From a virus (taxonomy: Duplodnaviria > Caudoviricetes): a DNA stretch of 33,664 nucleotides. The DNA lies in the IMG/VR virus record IMGVR_UViG_3300017978_000127, positions 1 to 33,664 of that record; one strand, written 5' to 3'. Both the position numbers and the translations under genes were made by a program. The notes under the pieces are model-generated. The model saw only the letters and a program-made list of their open reading frames with translations. It ran no database searches and had not been told where the DNA came from. This document shows, piece by piece, positions 18,767-28,475 of the stretch. The first letter of the stretch is position 1. Each line of letters opens with the position of its first letter.

Positions 18767-18958
18767 TTACTTAGCCTTTTTCTTCTTGTCTTTATTCTTC
18801 TTGGTGCGCTCACCACGCTCAGGCTTAGACCTACCTACGCTGCCGCTGGCTTCAGAGAGAGCAATAGCAATAGCTTGTTTTTGTGGCTTACCTTCTTTGA
18901 CCATCATGGAGATGTTCTCAGAAACTGTCTTATCAGACTTTCCTTTTTTGAGTGGCAT
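18767..18958 (-). CDS. small basic protein, 63 aa ([16 protein letters not shown]...QAIAIALS)
   Basis: GGAG RBS before ATG 18958; Lys-rich. Confidence 0.7.
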   Translation of the reverse strand: MPLKKGKSDKTVSENISMMVKEGKPQKQAIAIALSEASGSVGRSKPERGERTKKNKDKKKKAK

Positions 18959-18959
18959 A

Positions 18960-19265
18960 TTAATTACTCCAAGGTGTACCAGTTGCAACTTTAGGAGCCT
19001 TCTGTTCTGCAATGTTCGCAGCCAGAGCAGCGTCAACAGCAGCAACACCATCAGCACCCAATGAGCCTTTGACCCACTCAACCACAGCAGCCTCTGTCAG
19101 TTCGGCATAAGGCACGTAGTTGATACCGTCTTCTTTGGTGAAGCTGACAGTGGAGTAAGTTGAGGCAGTGAAGTCACCGTCTGCTTGTGATGCAGTCCAA
19201 TGGACGCAGAAAATAAAGCCATCGGTGGTGTTGCGGTCAGTGTTTGAGATTTTCCAGATAGTCAT
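18960..19265 (-). CDS. tail-fibre-associated protein
   Basis: ATGA-coupled to the long fibre; [14 protein letters not shown]...GTPW pattern. Confidence 0.7.
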   Translation of the reverse strand: MTIWKISNTDRNTTDGFIFCVHWTASQADGDFTASTYSTVSFTKEDGINYVPYAELTEAAVVEWVKGSLGADGVAAVDAALAANIAEQKAPKVATGTPWSN

Positions 19266-21781
19266 GGTTGTCCTTTCAGTGCGGCGAGTTCAGCTTTGGT
19301 GGCGTCGAGGTCGGCTTTGAGTTCTTGGATGGCTTTGACCAGAGTGGGCAGAATGTCGCCCATCTTTAGTGACTTTTTGGTTGTGTCTGCACTGTATTGA
19401 TAGTCATACACAAGTTCAGGAAGAACCTGCTCAACTTCTTGAGCAATGAAGCCTGCCACATTTTTTTGCTCAAGCTGTGTTTCTTCTTTCCAGTCAAAGC
19501 GCCTTGGCTTGAGGGCCATCACTTCAGACAAACCAGTTTCCAGATCGCGGATGTTCTCTTTCAGGCTTTGGTCTGAAATCGCCGTAATGCTTGTGCTGGT
19601 CGCGTTGATCTGCCCTGAGTAGCTGACAAAGAATCGGAATGCATTAGCCGTTGTGGAGTAGATCGACAGTCCAGTCGCGCCGGAACTGTTTGCGCCTCCA
19701 ATGCTTACGCGAGTTACGTTACTGCCGTCCTCCTCAACCAAAAAGCCGTTTGATGTGTTGCCACCTGTCGGGTTGCGCACTCGGAAGTTACCGCCGGAGT
19801 CGATACGGGCGCGTTCGGTGGGTGTGCCGTTTGCGTCAGACAAAAAAGCCAAGAACGAGTTGTAGGCAAATTGCGTTTGCCCAGCGCCATCACGAACATT
19901 GCGCCAGTAGGAACGAACCGCCCCGTTGTCTGCCAACTGAATCTGCGAAAAATTCGAGGAACTGACTCCGGAATTGGCGGTGCTCACGCGCAAAGACACG
20001 GAAGCCTCAGTGCCGCTTACTTCTGTGCGAACCGCAGGAGAAGTCGTTCCCACCCCCAAATTCCCACTCGCATCCAGCGTCATCGCCTGAGTAGAACTCA
20101 TTACAGTTCCAGCAGTTCCAGATGGCGCTTGGATAAACTGGAACGTCCCATTGAAAAAAGATATTCTCGAAGAAGGGGCATTCGTAATATAACGAGAGCC
20201 GCCGCTTTGGTAGTAGTTTGCGCCAATAGAGAAATCCTGACCTGCAAAAGTCAGTGTTGGCAGTTGCATGTTTCCTGATGTACTCCAAGCACTCGGAGTA
20301 ACCCCCAAGCCGAGGTTGCCTGCAAGACTTAGCGTTAGTTGGTCAAGCCCGTTGTTGCCAAATCTCAAAGAAGCGCCACTGAACGCACTCATGTTTGCGA
20401 GACGCAGGGTATCGGCAGTTTGGTCGTAAGTCAGACGCCCCAGCGTATCGGTAGCAGAAGCGTTTTGAACAGACAGCATGACCTGCTCACTGACCGAAGA
20501 GGGCAATTTCAACGTGAGCCGACCATTAAGCGTCGATGCGCCAATACCCAGACCTGTGCTGGTCAGGCGCATTTGTTCGGAGGCTCCGAGATAGAACGAG
20601 ATGGGTAAGACTGCTCCAGTTCCTTCTGCGCCGGAGGTCAGCCGAACATCTGATGTTCCAATCACAGCAAGGTCGAATCCAGAGTAATTTGCTGTGTCTG
20701 TCGAGTTTCTGCCATTAACAGCGGCAATGTTTCCTGTGCCGTTTGGATACAAGAACAGTCGGGTATTCCCGTTTGTTGCTGAGTTTTGGATTGCAAATCG
20801 AGTAGATTGCGCTCCATTCATATTCACAAGCAGGCGAGGCGCAGACGTTCCATTGAACGTCAAATTTTCCCCATCAAACGTCAGCGTAGACCCAGTGGTC
20901 AGGACTTTGGAGCCGTTGAGGTAGGCCACGCCGTTGGCTGTGCCAGCCGAGAGAACAGGATTGCTAGAGAACGTCTTAGTTCCTGCAATGGTTTGATCGC
21001 CAGTAGTGTAAACACCGTTGGTTACAGTGCCTGCATTGCCAGTAATAGAACCACTGATAGTAGACGTAAAGGTCTTAGTACCTCCAATAGTCTGATCGCC
21101 TGTCAGTTTAACAAGAGTATCAGGATCAATAGAAGCAGCAGAAGCAGCAGCAGCGGTGGCACTTGCAGCGGCTGCAGTGGCGCTAGAAGCTGCGTTAGTG
21201 GCACTAGTGGCTGCACTGGAGGCACTGTTAGAAGCGTTAGTTGCACTTGTAGCTGCACTAGAAGCTGAAGTTGCAGCAGCAGACGCACTAGAGGCAGCGT
21301 TAGTAGCTTGAGTGGTGGCTGTAGATGCGCTGTTAGAGGCACTTGTGGCACTGTTAGCAGCATTGGTTTCACTTGTAGCTGCGTTAGTGGCGCTAGTGGA
21401 GGCACTGGTAGCCGATGTAGATGCTGCCGATGCACTAGAAGATGCACTAGAGGCACTAGATGCGGCAGCAGTGGCGGATGTAGAGGCTGCACTGGCTGAA
21501 GTAGCTGCGCTGGAAGCCGAAGAAGAAGCATTGGATGCGCTAGTAGCAGCAGCAGAAGCACTCGATGCAGCATTAGTAGCTGCAGTCTCAGCGTTAGCTT
21601 CGGCAGTTTCAGCATTGGTTTCTGCTGTTTCTGCGTTAGTCTCAGCTAACTCAGCAGCAGTCTCAGCCGCAAGAGCAGCATCCCTTGCAGCGATAGTTTG
21701 ATTCAAAAAATCCTGATAAAGCGTGGTATCTGCATCAGAGGTAGCAGAACCTGTACCACCGGGGCCGCGATATAACGTCAT
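19262..21781 (-). CDS. long tail fibre / receptor-binding protein with C-terminal intramolecular chaperone (peptidase S74-like)
   Basis: Ala/Ser/Thr-rich stalk; GNLG[LV]G and ERARID repeats; SDQSLKENI...GFIAQEVEQVLPELV...LVKAIQEL. Confidence 0.9.
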   Translation of the reverse strand: MTLYRGPGGTGSATSDADTTLYQDFLNQTIAARDAALAAETAAELAETNAETAETNAETAEANAETAATNAASSASAAATSASNASSSASSAATSASAASTSATAAASSASSASSSASAASTSATSASTSATNAATSETNAANSATSASNSASTATTQATNAASSASAAATSASSAATSATNASNSASSAATSATNAASSATAAAASATAAAASAASIDPDTLVKLTGDQTIGGTKTFTSTISGSITGNAGTVTNGVYTTGDQTIAGTKTFSSNPVLSAGTANGVAYLNGSKVLTTGSTLTFDGENLTFNGTSAPRLLVNMNGAQSTRFAIQNSATNGNTRLFLYPNGTGNIAAVNGRNSTDTANYSGFDLAVIGTSDVRLTSGAEGTGAVLPISFYLGASEQMRLTSTGLGIGASTLNGRLTLKLPSSVSEQVMLSVQNASATDTLGRLTYDQTADTLRLANMSAFSGASLRFGNNGLDQLTLSLAGNLGLGVTPSAWSTSGNMQLPTLTFAGQDFSIGANYYQSGGSRYITNAPSSRISFFNGTFQFIQAPSGTAGTVMSSTQAMTLDASGNLGVGTTSPAVRTEVSGTEASVSLRVSTANSGVSSSNFSQIQLADNGAVRSYWRNVRDGAGQTQFAYNSFLAFLSDANGTPTERARIDSGGNFRVRNPTGGNTSNGFLVEEDGSNVTRVSIGGANSSGATGLSIYSTTANAFRFFVSYSGQINATSTSITAISDQSLKENIRDLETGLSEVMALKPRRFDWKEETQLEQKNVAGFIAQEVEQVLPELVYDYQYSADTTKKSLKMGDILPTLVKAIQELKADLDATKAELAALKGQP
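21130..21690 (-). repeat. low-complexity (A/S/T)n coiled-coil stalk of the long fibre
   Basis: Recurrent ETNA, SASAAATSA and SATNAA units; boundaries approximate. Confidence 0.8.
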
Positions 21782-21978
21782 GGTTTACTTTCCTTCTTAG
21801 GGCGTCCTGCCCTTTTAATTTCAGGTTTTGTGTCTGCACTAACAGATTGTTCTAAAATCTCATACCATTCAGGATTAGATCTAAAACTATTAATATCTAT
21901 TTCACGATAAACTTCAGCAATAGTCTGAGGACGATTACTATGTTTCATTTGGAAACGAACGTATTGACGTTGCATCAA
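21778..21978 (-). CDS. hypothetical protein with C-terminal RAGRPKK
   Basis: AAAGGAG RBS; ATGA overlap with the fibre gene. Confidence 0.7.
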   Translation of the reverse strand: MMQRQYVRFQMKHSNRPQTIAEVYREIDINSFRSNPEWYEILEQSVSADTKPEIKRAGRPKKESKP

Positions 21979-22012
21979 ATATCTCCTTTGTTAAAGGCTC
22001 CGTAGAGCACTT

Positions 22013-22046
22013 AAGAAAGGAGGGAGCCTCCTAAGAAGCCCCTTCC
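22013..22046 (-). terminator. probable leaky terminator after the major capsid gene
   Basis: Minus-strand hairpin GGAAGGGGCTTC-TTAG-GAGGCTCCCTCC followed by TTTCTT. Confidence 0.7.
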
Positions 22047-22057
22047 TTAACTAATCA

Positions 22058-22981
22058 TCAGGCTGCCGAAGCGTCCACAACGATTGGCACTGCGCTGTAG
22101 TCACGCAGTTCAGACACACCGTACAAGGTGTCAGCGGTGAACAATGTGCCCAGCCACTCTTGCTTGTACTGAGTCTGCGAACGAATGCCCAACTGCTCAA
22201 CCAGAACAGCCCAGTCGCGGTGGAACATCAGAGCCACACGGTCAGTGTTGGTGTTACCTGCTGCGGTGTCGCAGTTAGTAGACACATACACTTTAACGCC
22301 GTAGATGTCGCCGAACTCACCGTTCATCAGGGTAGAGCCGTTACCTTTGAAGGCTTGCTCAGTGAAACGGTTGATACCCAGCATCGAGTTACGAGCAACG
22401 GGAGGAACAACCAGCGAACGACCGTCCATAGGAACGTCTTGATCGTCCAACAACTGAATAGCGGCACGGATACCAGCGTCAGCGATGTTGGCAGCGTTAG
22501 ACGAGCCAGAAGTGTAAGCCACGCCAGTAGAACCGATGATACCACCAGAGTAAGCGGTGTTAGAAGCGTTACCGCCACGAGCGCCACGACCCAGACGGAT
22601 CAAGCTGGTGTCAACTTGACGACCCAGAGCGTGACCAGCGTCATCAGTGTAGAACTGACGCAGGCTGGACAGAGCTTGAGCTTCAGTGATGTCTTCGATC
22701 AGACGGCTGTACTCAAAATGGTTGTTGATGTTCACAACAACTTCGCCCTCAGTGGCAGCAATCAGGGTAACCTGAGTAGAGGCCGACTTAGCTGTAGCAA
22801 CGCCACGGGTAGGCGATGGAATGTGAACGGTGTCACCTTTCTTACCTTTAAAGTTCATCTTCTTGACCAAATTGGCCATGACGAGGGACTTCTTGTAAGC
22901 CGCAACAATCTCATCACTCCAAATTTCTGGAATGAACGTTGCTGCGGTGGTGTTTGTGACGTGATCTGTACCTAAAGCCAT
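22058..22981 (-). CDS. major capsid protein
   Basis: FIPEIWSDEI, GKKGDTVHIP and ADTLYGV; strong AGGAG RBS; follows the scaffold gene. Confidence 0.92.
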   Translation of the reverse strand: MALGTDHVTNTTAATFIPEIWSDEIVAAYKKSLVMANLVKKMNFKGKKGDTVHIPSPTRGVATAKSASTQVTLIAATEGEVVVNINNHFEYSRLIEDITEAQALSSLRQFYTDDAGHALGRQVDTSLIRLGRGARGGNASNTAYSGGIIGSTGVAYTSGSSNAANIADAGIRAAIQLLDDQDVPMDGRSLVVPPVARNSMLGINRFTEQAFKGNGSTLMNGEFGDIYGVKVYVSTNCDTAAGNTNTDRVALMFHRDWAVLVEQLGIRSQTQYKQEWLGTLFTADTLYGVSELRDYSAVPIVVDASAA

Positions 22982-23012
22982 AATATACTCCTATAATTTC
23001 AAATAAAAAAGA

Positions 23013-23819
23013 TTACTTCACCCGACCTTCGGTGTATGCTCGCATAATTTCAGGTTGTAGCGATTCATAACGGTCAGGATCAGTCATTTTAAGACGGATT
23101 AAATCCGCACGACGATAAATTTTCTTTGTAGCTTCACCGGAACCACCTGTATCCACAGCAGCGGCCTTCATAGCTTGTGCTTTCTGTGTATCACCTGCGG
23201 TTTTAGTTGCGCTAGATCGTACTTGTTTGAGTTCTTTGTACGTAGAAAGAAGTTCATCAGCAGCTTCAAAGTCAAACTCGGCATCTGCCTTAGCGTAAAG
23301 CCCTAAACGCACCTTACTAGCCTTCACCCACTCTTGGAAACCAGCGTCATTGGCGATAGTTCCAAAATCAGGGTGCTTTGCAGCCAGTTGTTGTGCAGTT
23401 TTCATCTGCTTTAGCTCAAGCGCAGCCGCTTTAGCCTCTAATACTGCGGGATTATTCTCAATAGCACGTTGAACTGCTGTTTGAGGATTCTCAAAGAAAT
23501 CAACTTCGGGCGTATTCTCAACGACTTCTGGCTTCTTATCAACTTCGAGTTGTCGTTTCAATAACTGGTCTGCTAAAGAGCGTACTTCGTGTACTTCCTG
23601 TGCCTGCCTACCAATCATCTTTTCAGCTTCTTGGTGCATCTTGACAATATCTTCAACAGATTTGCCTTTATATTTATCAGGAATTACCTTATCTACTACG
23701 CTATCTTGTTGCACTTGCTCTTGAGGTTGCTCTTGTCGAGTCTCTTGGCTAGTGTTTTGTTGGTCTTCAGCAGTGATGTCATCAGCTTCTGTAAACGAGT
23801 CTTGTTCAATAAATGCCAT
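23013..23819 (-). CDS. capsid scaffolding protein
   Basis: Acidic N-terminus, PDKYKGKS..DIVKMHQEAEK and C-terminal EIMRAYTEGRVK; directly upstream of the capsid gene; AGGAG RBS before 23819. Confidence 0.85.
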   Translation of the reverse strand: MAFIEQDSFTEADDITAEDQQNTSQETRQEQPQEQVQQDSVVDKVIPDKYKGKSVEDIVKMHQEAEKMIGRQAQEVHEVRSLADQLLKRQLEVDKKPEVVENTPEVDFFENPQTAVQRAIENNPAVLEAKAAALELKQMKTAQQLAAKHPDFGTIANDAGFQEWVKASKVRLGLYAKADAEFDFEAADELLSTYKELKQVRSSATKTAGDTQKAQAMKAAAVDTGGSGEATKKIYRRADLIRLKMTDPDRYESLQPEIMRAYTEGRVK

Positions 23820-23904
23820 AATGTTGTTCTCCTGTCTCACCTAAGAGATTATAGGACTATAAAATACATAACTGCCTTAGCAGTTACCCTACTTTTTGTA
23901 CAGA

Positions 23905-24147
23905 TTACTCAGGAACAGCGTAACTCTTGCTACGCTCTTGCTTAAGTTTCTCAGTACGCTTACGTTCCCAAGCATCGTATGCTGTTGGATAGGCTCCGGA
24001 GACCCCTTCCAACTTCATCATTGGCTTAGAAACAATTCTGACTGCATCTTTACCGCACTCTTTACATTGAATGGTGCGTTCAGATTCATCAATATACGCC
24101 TCAGATAAGTGAGCGTCTGTACACAAAAACTCAAAGATTCTCCTCAT
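23905..24147 (-). CDS. FmdB-like zinc-ribbon protein
   Basis: FEFLCTDAH...CKECG...RIVS pattern. Confidence 0.72.
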   Translation of the reverse strand: MRRIFEFLCTDAHLSEAYIDESERTIQCKECGKDAVRIVSKPMMKLEGVSGAYPTAYDAWERKRTEKLKQERSKSYAVPE

Positions 24148-24383
24148 TGAGGCTCTCCTTGTAATTGTTCAAAGACTTCTTCACAGGTCTTCTTGCGATT
24201 AAGCATCAAGTCTAAAATATCAAGCTGTCCTTGACGATAATAAAGTTTGTGAGCATCTTCGACAGTACGAATATTCTCAACTTGTTGCTTTAATTTCTCT
24301 AAATCCTCCATCAATAGCGCCCAACCTTGGGTAGCCATTGTGGAGAATGTTTCTTCGTAATATGTCTGAAGTTCCTTATCCAT
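24144..24383 (-). CDS. hypothetical protein downstream of portal
   Basis: Intact ORF (TQGW...YYRQGQLDIL), ATGA-coupled to the next gene. Confidence 0.75.
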   Translation of the reverse strand: MDKELQTYYEETFSTMATQGWALLMEDLEKLKQQVENIRTVEDAHKLYYRQGQLDILDLMLNRKKTCEEVFEQLQGEPQ

Positions 24384-24410
24384 CTAGGGGGATCTCCTTT
24401 CTAATGTTAT

Positions 24411-26408
24411 TTACTGCTGTGCTCTGTTAGACATTTGCATCATACTGATACGCTCATTGCTATCAATGTCCTTCTCTTTAAGCATCAACTCAGCTAACTT
24501 GACTCTACGTTCAAAGTCAGCAGTTTCGTTGTCCTCATTGAGGTTGTTAGACAAAGCAGCAATCACACGAGCACGTGCTTCTTCAGGTGCAATCTGAGCC
24601 TCAACCATAGCCTTTTGAGCTTCTGCTTGAGCCTTCTGAGCCTTGGCCTGTGTCTCTTGGATCTGCGCTTCAGCCAGAGCCATCTGCATGGCCTGCTGTT
24701 GTTGTTGCATCTGCTGTTGCTCAGGAGTAGGCTGATTCATCTGCTCTAAGGAAGCAATCAATTCTTGACGGTTAGTCAGAGAACTGTTCTGCATAATACC
24801 TTTGAGAATCAGAGGCAACACAGGAGTGTCTGGGCCTAATGTCTGTAACAAAGCAATGAACTGTTGCTGTTCAAACTCACGAGCCAAGATACCCAAAGTA
24901 GCGGTAGGCATGAAAGTCACATCTACAGCAGGGTAACGCTCAGGGTCAAACTGCATATAACGCCATGCAGCTTTGTTGATGAACGGGATCAGGAAGTCTT
25001 CTTGGAAGTTCATCAAGGTACGCTTGTACTTCTTAATGATACCTGCCATAGCCATCGACATACCACCTGCGCCAGCATCACGAGGAACGTTGGAAGGCAT
25101 ACCAGCCGAATCCACAGTACCTGTAGCCTGCAACAATAAACGCTCAAAGTTCTGAGCTGTCTGGATGTTTGTCTGATCTGTAGCACCAAACTTGAACGGC
25201 ATCATGATCTGATTAGGATCACCGTTAGTCAGGAATGCTTTACCGGGACGAATCTCGAACTTAGCACCACGAGGCAAGCGAGTAGCATCCATAGCGATCA
25301 TAGGAGCTGTTGTCAGAGCAACAGAGTCCATGTGAGCACGGAGCTGACCATCAATAGCCTTCTGCATATTGTAGGCCTTCTCAGCCGTACCGCGACCCCA
25401 GAAACGCCCGGGAACGGTATCGTCTTGGTAAGCCATCACAGGACGATCCTTCATCATGTAAGGATTCGCTTCAGCTTTGAGGATCTTGCTACCGTTGGCG
25501 ATCACGATAATGGCTTCCACCAGCTCATCATAATCGTCAGCTAAAGAGTCTTCAGGGAAGAGATCAACTTCTTCCTCATCTTCCATCTCTTCTAAGTATT
25601 CCTTAGGAACCAAACCGTAGTAGGTCAACAGACGTACACGGTCATCTTGGAAAGATACAATCTCTTCTGTAGGCTCGATGTCATCATCAGGAGCATCAGT
25701 ACCTAAATCAATCTTACGGTAGATACCTTTTTCCATGCCTTCCACGATCTTGTGAACAGACACGAACTTCTCAATGGCACATCCCATCGAATCATCCAAA
25801 GATGTAGCGTTAGGATCAATCAGGAAGTTCTTAGGGTTAACAGGTACTAACTTGACAGAGACACGCTCTTTCTCCTCTACACCGATAGCTGCAACACCCA
25901 TTTCACCGGGGATAGCCTGTGTAGCTGGAGCGTATTCTTTCTCCATCTTGACGATAATCTCACCCACGCCTGTACCGTAGATCTCAGCCATCAACTCAAT
26001 CTGGTCAACAGCCTTCTTAATCTTGTCACGGTTAAAGTCCTCCATCAGTTGAGCTTTGATAGCCTCAACGTCCAAGGGAGTACCGTTTACATCACGGATG
26101 TCATCTTCAATGTCAAACCATTCGCCTTGACCGAAGATAGCTTCCATGATCTCAGCATGGCGAGTCTCAATGGCTTGCTGAGTGGCAGGGGAGATGATCC
26201 TGCTTCGCTCAGAGTCACGGGTACGATCTTCAGGCGCCCATTGACCACGGAAGATACGCTCATACTCAAGCCACTTATCTAAGTAGTTCTGGTCACGGTA
26301 GTCGCGCCAGCGATCAGTATGTGATACGATCCACGCAGATAACTCTAAGTCATTTTCCGTAGGCTCGTAGAACTGATTTTGATCTTCTAATTCATTTTTT
26401 TCAGACAT
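24411..26408 (-). CDS. portal protein
   Basis: 665 aa after terminase; GRFWGRG.AEK motif; Gln-rich C-terminal helical barrel as in P22-like portals. Confidence 0.9.
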   Translation of the reverse strand: MSEKNELEDQNQFYEPTENDLELSAWIVSHTDRWRDYRDQNYLDKWLEYERIFRGQWAPEDRTRDSERSRIISPATQQAIETRHAEIMEAIFGQGEWFDIEDDIRDVNGTPLDVEAIKAQLMEDFNRDKIKKAVDQIELMAEIYGTGVGEIIVKMEKEYAPATQAIPGEMGVAAIGVEEKERVSVKLVPVNPKNFLIDPNATSLDDSMGCAIEKFVSVHKIVEGMEKGIYRKIDLGTDAPDDDIEPTEEIVSFQDDRVRLLTYYGLVPKEYLEEMEDEEEVDLFPEDSLADDYDELVEAIIVIANGSKILKAEANPYMMKDRPVMAYQDDTVPGRFWGRGTAEKAYNMQKAIDGQLRAHMDSVALTTAPMIAMDATRLPRGAKFEIRPGKAFLTNGDPNQIMMPFKFGATDQTNIQTAQNFERLLLQATGTVDSAGMPSNVPRDAGAGGMSMAMAGIIKKYKRTLMNFQEDFLIPFINKAAWRYMQFDPERYPAVDVTFMPTATLGILAREFEQQQFIALLQTLGPDTPVLPLILKGIMQNSSLTNRQELIASLEQMNQPTPEQQQMQQQQQAMQMALAEAQIQETQAKAQKAQAEAQKAMVEAQIAPEEARARVIAALSNNLNEDNETADFERRVKLAELMLKEKDIDSNERISMMQMSNRAQQ

Positions 26409-26880
26409 GTTTGTTACTCTTTTTTATGTTGTCCTCGGCAGGAACAACTTGAAGATTCCACGGAACATGCAGACCGCTTACATTTTCCCCTTGAAGAGGA
26501 ATAATATGGTCAACATGCCATTTTTGATTGCTTTCTTTTGAGCGCATAGCTGCTACTTGATACAAACACTGCATATGTAAAAGCTCAAAAGAAGTTAACC
26601 ACGTAGGTGTTCTTTTAAGTTTTGCTGCTTGGTACTTTCGAGTATTGGCGTTTACCTTACCTTTGTTTTTCTTTTGCCATCTTGCCGATGACAGTGCTTT
26701 GTTATTTTGTATCCATTCTTGATATTGTTGGCTATCTTGATATTGTTTACGTTTTTCATAAGCACAAATTTTACAATTACGGTTGCTAATTAACCGAGGA
26801 GCGATGTGTCCATTTTTACAAGGTAAACCTGTAAAGTACCACTTATCATCAATAGCCTGCTGTTTTATCGTAGATTTCAT
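26401..26880 (-). CDS. HNH endonuclease with N-terminal Cys/His domain
   Basis: YFTGLPCKNGH...CKIC and WHVDHIIPLQG...GLHVPWNLQ...N..K.N; GAGGA RBS inside terL. Confidence 0.88.
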   Translation of the reverse strand: MKSTIKQQAIDDKWYFTGLPCKNGHIAPRLISNRNCKICAYEKRKQYQDSQQYQEWIQNNKALSSARWQKKNKGKVNANTRKYQAAKLKRTPTWLTSFELLHMQCLYQVAAMRSKESNQKWHVDHIIPLQGENVSGLHVPWNLQVVPAEDNIKKSNKHV

Positions 26881-28105
26881 ATTCGTCCTCTTCGTAATCC
26901 GGCAAGAAAGCAGATATTGAAAGTTGCTCAACGTAAGCTAAAGCATCAACCAAGTCATCATGTACCCCTTTGGTAGGAAACATAATCAGTTGATCCTTGA
27001 ACTCTTCAAAGTCTTCATCCTCGTTAAGGATAATATGACCATGTTCAAACCTACCTTGCAAAGCCCAGACAACACGCTCAGTCTTCTTCTTATTACCGTG
27101 CGTCAGTGTCTGTATATGTGCAAAGGTATTGTATTGACGCATCATGTCCTGTAAGACACCCATCACAGCATTCATAGCTGTACCACGCTCAATACCAATC
27201 TGTATAGGTCGATACTCCTTGATGTTCTTTAAGATCCTCATGCAGGTTTCTTTGATGTCCCACCTGCCGTGCTCAATCTTATCGACATACCACTTGTTAT
27301 CGTTACCTATCTTGACTACAGCCATAGCTGTTTCGTCTAGTCTCTTCTTGTTCTGTGAACCATCTGAGATGTTCTCAAAGCCTGCTAAGTCGATAGCAAT
27401 GACGTAAGAGCCATCCTTGGGCAATGGACCGTCCTTGATCCACTCAGGCTTGAATACATCAGAGCCAGAGGTATCGAAGCTAGACAAGTATTCCTGCTTG
27501 AATGCAAAGGAACTTAAAGACCTCTTAGCAGCCTCAATCTCTTTCGGATCAATCGTCTCATTGTCCGCTGTGGTCTTGTGCCAACTCTTCCATTCGTCAT
27601 CTTCACCACCTTGTCCAAGCTTAAAAGTATCGTAAAACCAATTACGACCTGAAGGGGTAGAGATGAATAGAGCACGGCCTTTCTTGTCCGACAAAGCAGC
27701 ACGTAGAATTTTCTCCCATACGTCCTGCTTAATGAACGCACATTCGTCCAGAACAAGATAAACAAGAGAAACACCACGAAGACTGTCGGGGTTATCAGCA
27801 CCTCGTACAAGGATCTTCCTCCCGTTGATAAGAGTAATCTCAAGGTTGTTAACGTGGCTGGACTTGATGACAGGCCTGCCAAGGTCATGTAACAAGTCCC
27901 AGATAATACTACGGGCCTGCCCAAGGGTAGGGGCTACGTACATGACGCTAGAGCCTTCTGGACAGTTTAAAGCCTCAATCAGGAGGGTAACAGCAGACAA
28001 CCTAGACTTACCACAACGACGACCAGCAGCTACGACCTTGAAGCGGGTAGTGTCCTTAAAGACTTCTTGCTGCCACTTAAGTAGTTTAAAGTCAAGGGTT
28101 GTCAT
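26849..28105 (-). CDS. terL: terminase large subunit
   Basis: AAGRRCGKS Walker A, LVLDE Walker B, ISTP, IAIDLAG and HDDLVDA nuclease motifs. Confidence 0.95.
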   Translation of the reverse strand: MTTLDFKLLKWQQEVFKDTTRFKVVAAGRRCGKSRLSAVTLLIEALNCPEGSSVMYVAPTLGQARSIIWDLLHDLGRPVIKSSHVNNLEITLINGRKILVRGADNPDSLRGVSLVYLVLDECAFIKQDVWEKILRAALSDKKGRALFISTPSGRNWFYDTFKLGQGGEDDEWKSWHKTTADNETIDPKEIEAAKRSLSSFAFKQEYLSSFDTSGSDVFKPEWIKDGPLPKDGSYVIAIDLAGFENISDGSQNKKRLDETAMAVVKIGNDNKWYVDKIEHGRWDIKETCMRILKNIKEYRPIQIGIERGTAMNAVMGVLQDMMRQYNTFAHIQTLTHGNKKKTERVVWALQGRFEHGHIILNEDEDFEEFKDQLIMFPTKGVHDDLVDALAYVEQLSISAFLPDYEEDEYEIYDKTAGY

Positions 28106-28475
28106 TGTAATCCCTTACTTCTACATCAGTTATGTCCTCTAAGGTCTCTACCGTAGGGCTAGACAAACCTGAGATATTGATACTGATCTGAGGTGTACCA
28201 CCACCTGTCTTAGTAGCTTCAAACGCTGAGACAGGTACAATCCTATCTACAATCAACTTCCATGCAGCAGCTTGGTTCTTATGCTCATCGTTCAGAGCAG
28301 CATCATAAATAGCTTCTAAGACCTTGGCTGACTTAGGACTGTTTAGCATCCTAAGTTTATATTCGTTAATGATCGCAGCATCACCCTTAGGACGACCTAC
28401 TGATCTAGATTCTTTAATCTCTTTTAAGTCAGACTTTGGAGGTCTGCCTTTCTTGTTACCTGATGGAGCTGTCAT
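28092..28475 (-). CDS. terS: putative terminase small subunit
   Basis: Immediately upstream of terL; basic GRP motifs; helical core; C-terminal ISINI. Confidence 0.75.
   Translation of the reverse strand: MTAPSGNKKGRPPKSDLKEIKESRSVGRPKGDAAIINEYKLRMLNSPKSAKVLEAIYDAALNDEHKNQAAAWKLIVDRIVPVSAFEATKTGGGTPQISINISGLSSPTVETLEDITDVEVRDYNDNP

Noticed and set aside
20786-21701. Several alternative-frame ORFs over the long fibre stalk
   Set aside because: By-products of low-complexity Ala/Ser/Thr codons that lack stops
15036-21781. Diversity-generating retroelement or invertible tail-fibre switch
   Set aside because: No reverse transcriptase, recombinase, template/variable repeat pair or flanking inverted repeats seen in the window
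22058-22120. T7 gp10B-like frameshift extension of the capsid protein
   Set aside because: No slippery heptamer near the stop, and a terminator-like hairpin follows
22160-22975. 271-aa ORF antisense to the major capsid gene
   Set aside because: A shadow frame expected from the biased codon usage of a highly expressed gene; no RBS or recognisable motif
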